64,000 bases of DNA, taken from positions 142,166,001-142,230,000 of the forward strand of contig OZ024741.1 in NCBI GenBank assembly GCA_964016885.1. Reading direction: 5' to 3'. The translations under genes were made by a program, and so were the position numbers. Source of the DNA: Eledone cirrhosa. Lineage: Eukaryota. A model generated the notes under the pieces. The model did not search any database. It had not been told where the DNA came from and saw only the letters and a program-made list of their open reading frames with translations. Below are positions 62,095 through 64,000 of the stretch, piece after piece. Positions within the stretch are counted from its first letter, which is position 1. The number at the start of each line of letters is the position of its first letter.

Positions 62095-64000
62095 AAAATT
62101 ATCAATCTTACTAGTGCAGAACCAATACCCAACCTTATCAACTTACTCTCCAAAGGTCTTAAATTCACACCGACCCCACTACGCCCTAACTACTATGAAA
62201 TGAAGGAAGACATCACAGACTTCTGTAGAAAGTTACAACTCAGTGAACAACTATTCGACCAGTACAATGAGGATGAATCATTAGCCAGAAATAGAAGCAA
62301 TTACACCCCATCAAAAGGTAGAAATAAAATCCTGGACGAATTCTGTGAACACATCACAAACTTCCCTTACCAACACTTGCACAGACAAAAACACAAGCCA
62401 AACCTCAACAAGAAAGAATGGGAAGAATTAAATAGATTAAAAACCGACAGAACCATTACAATTAAAGAGGCTGATAAAGGGAGTACAGTAGTCCTAATGG
62501 AGACAGAATTCTATATCAACTTAGCGCTCTCCACTTTGGAAAACGAAACATACTACGAAAAGGCTGAACACTAGAATCAACAGAAAATTATGAGAAACCT
62601 AAAAACTCTGATCAACCAATACAAAGAAGGACTCACTAACAAGGAATTCAGCTTCATCACAGACTTCACAAGTAAATCCAGCCTTTTCTACGGTATCCCT
62701 AAAGTACATAAAAGCGAATTAATAAGTAAGGCATTCAAGGAAGCCACAGACATAGTCATCAATGTCCTTTCACCCAATGATCTCAAATTAAGACCTATAA
62801 TAGCAGGCCCCGCTTGCGAAACCCACCACCTTAGCAACTTGATACCCTTCTCAAGCCTTTTCTCAAACACATCAAAAGCTATGTAAGGGACGACCTAGAT
62901 ATGCTCAATCACCTCTCTAATATGCCACTTTCTGAACAAACCCTACTAGTGACGTTCGATGTAGTCAACCTATACTCCAACATCCCCCACAACCTAGGAA
63001 TAGAAGCTATCCAATTCTGGCTGGATAATTACCACAATGAACTCCCACAACGCATCAAAAAAGAATTCGTGATAGAGGGACTCAAATTTATCTTGGAGAA
63101 CAATTACTTCGTTTTCAATAACAAACCCTACAGGCAGAAATCTGGGACCGCTATGGGAACGAAAACAGCCCCCACTTATGCCAACCTAGTCATGGGATAC
63201 CTGGAAATCACCCTCTACACTAAAGTCCTAAACAAATTTGGAAACACTGTCCACTTACACATAGAAAGGAACTGGAAGCGATATCTAGATGACTGCTTCA
63301 TCCTTTGGCACGAAAACATCGAGAAACTTAAAGAATTTCACACCCTTATAAATGGGCTCAACACGAATATTAACTTCACGTTGGAATGCAGCCATCAACA
63401 ACTCCCCTTCCTCGACATCCTCATTAAGATCCATAACAAAAAAATAGAAACAGACATATACTACAAGCCCACAGACTCCAAGCAATATCTTCCTTTCAAC
63501 TCTTGCCACCCTAGACACGTTAAAATTAATATTCCCTACAACTTAGCCAAAAGAATCTGTACTATAGTCTCCAATAAAAACACCTGCTACTTACGGCTAC
63601 AAGAACTAAAGGACACACTCATAGGCAGGGACTACCCTGCATCACTAATTGACAATGGAATCCAATGTGCCCTAAAACTCAGTACCCAGGACCTTAGACA
63701 CCCTAAAGTAAATCAACCGAAACTAAAAGCTCTTCCATACATCTCCACAGACAACCCCCTCAACAATGAGGCCTTTGACACCATCCTCCAGAACATCCCT
63801 GTGTTGAAAAAGCACCACAGAATGAACCAAATCCTACGAACACACGATATCACAAAGAGCAAAAGACAATCTAAGTCAATGAAAAACATCCTAACACATG
63901 CCAAAGTACTGCCAGCCACAACAACGAAACCCACAGTAAAAAAATGCGATAGACCCAACTGTGGCATTTGCATCAACCTAATAGAGGGTTCGGAATTCTA
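62095..64000 (+). mobile_element. Penelope-like element RT (Neptune-like), disrupted, runs off the window end
   Basis: LLSKGLKFTPTP, FYGIPKVHK, LRPIIAG, DVVNLYSNIP, GTAMGT..AP, RYLDDCF, PFLD, YYKPTD, and a Cys linker CDRPNCGIC; stop at 62572 and a frameshift near 62845. Confidence 0.88.

Overview
AT-rich, repeat-dense eukaryotic (animal) genomic DNA. The (TA)n/(CA)n tracts, RTE LINEs with (GAT)n tails and tRNA-derived SINEs suggest an octopus-like cephalopod; this is inference, not a database result. The only host gene I can support is a complete + strand methylmalonyl-CoA mutase (MMUT). I reconstructed it by hand as 19 coding exons (3734-53094, 2262 nt, 753 aa), all with GT-AG introns in matching phases. 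The introns and flanks are filled with mobile DNA: a full hAT/Tip100-like transposon with TIRs and an 8-bp TSD that interrupts a CRE-like retroelement remnant; many RTE LINE copies, one of them full length with a single premature stop and a PHD-type zinc finger inside the RT; CR1-like, mariner and Penelope-like elements; three Helitron-type elements; TTAA MITEs; SINEs; and a 5S rRNA-derived copy. The most unusual observation is two different minimal type-I hammerhead ribozyme motifs on the antisense strand bracketing MMUT exon 1, each associated with an inverted repeat. Coordinates were read by eye; repeat boundaries are approximate unless a TSD or TIR is quoted.
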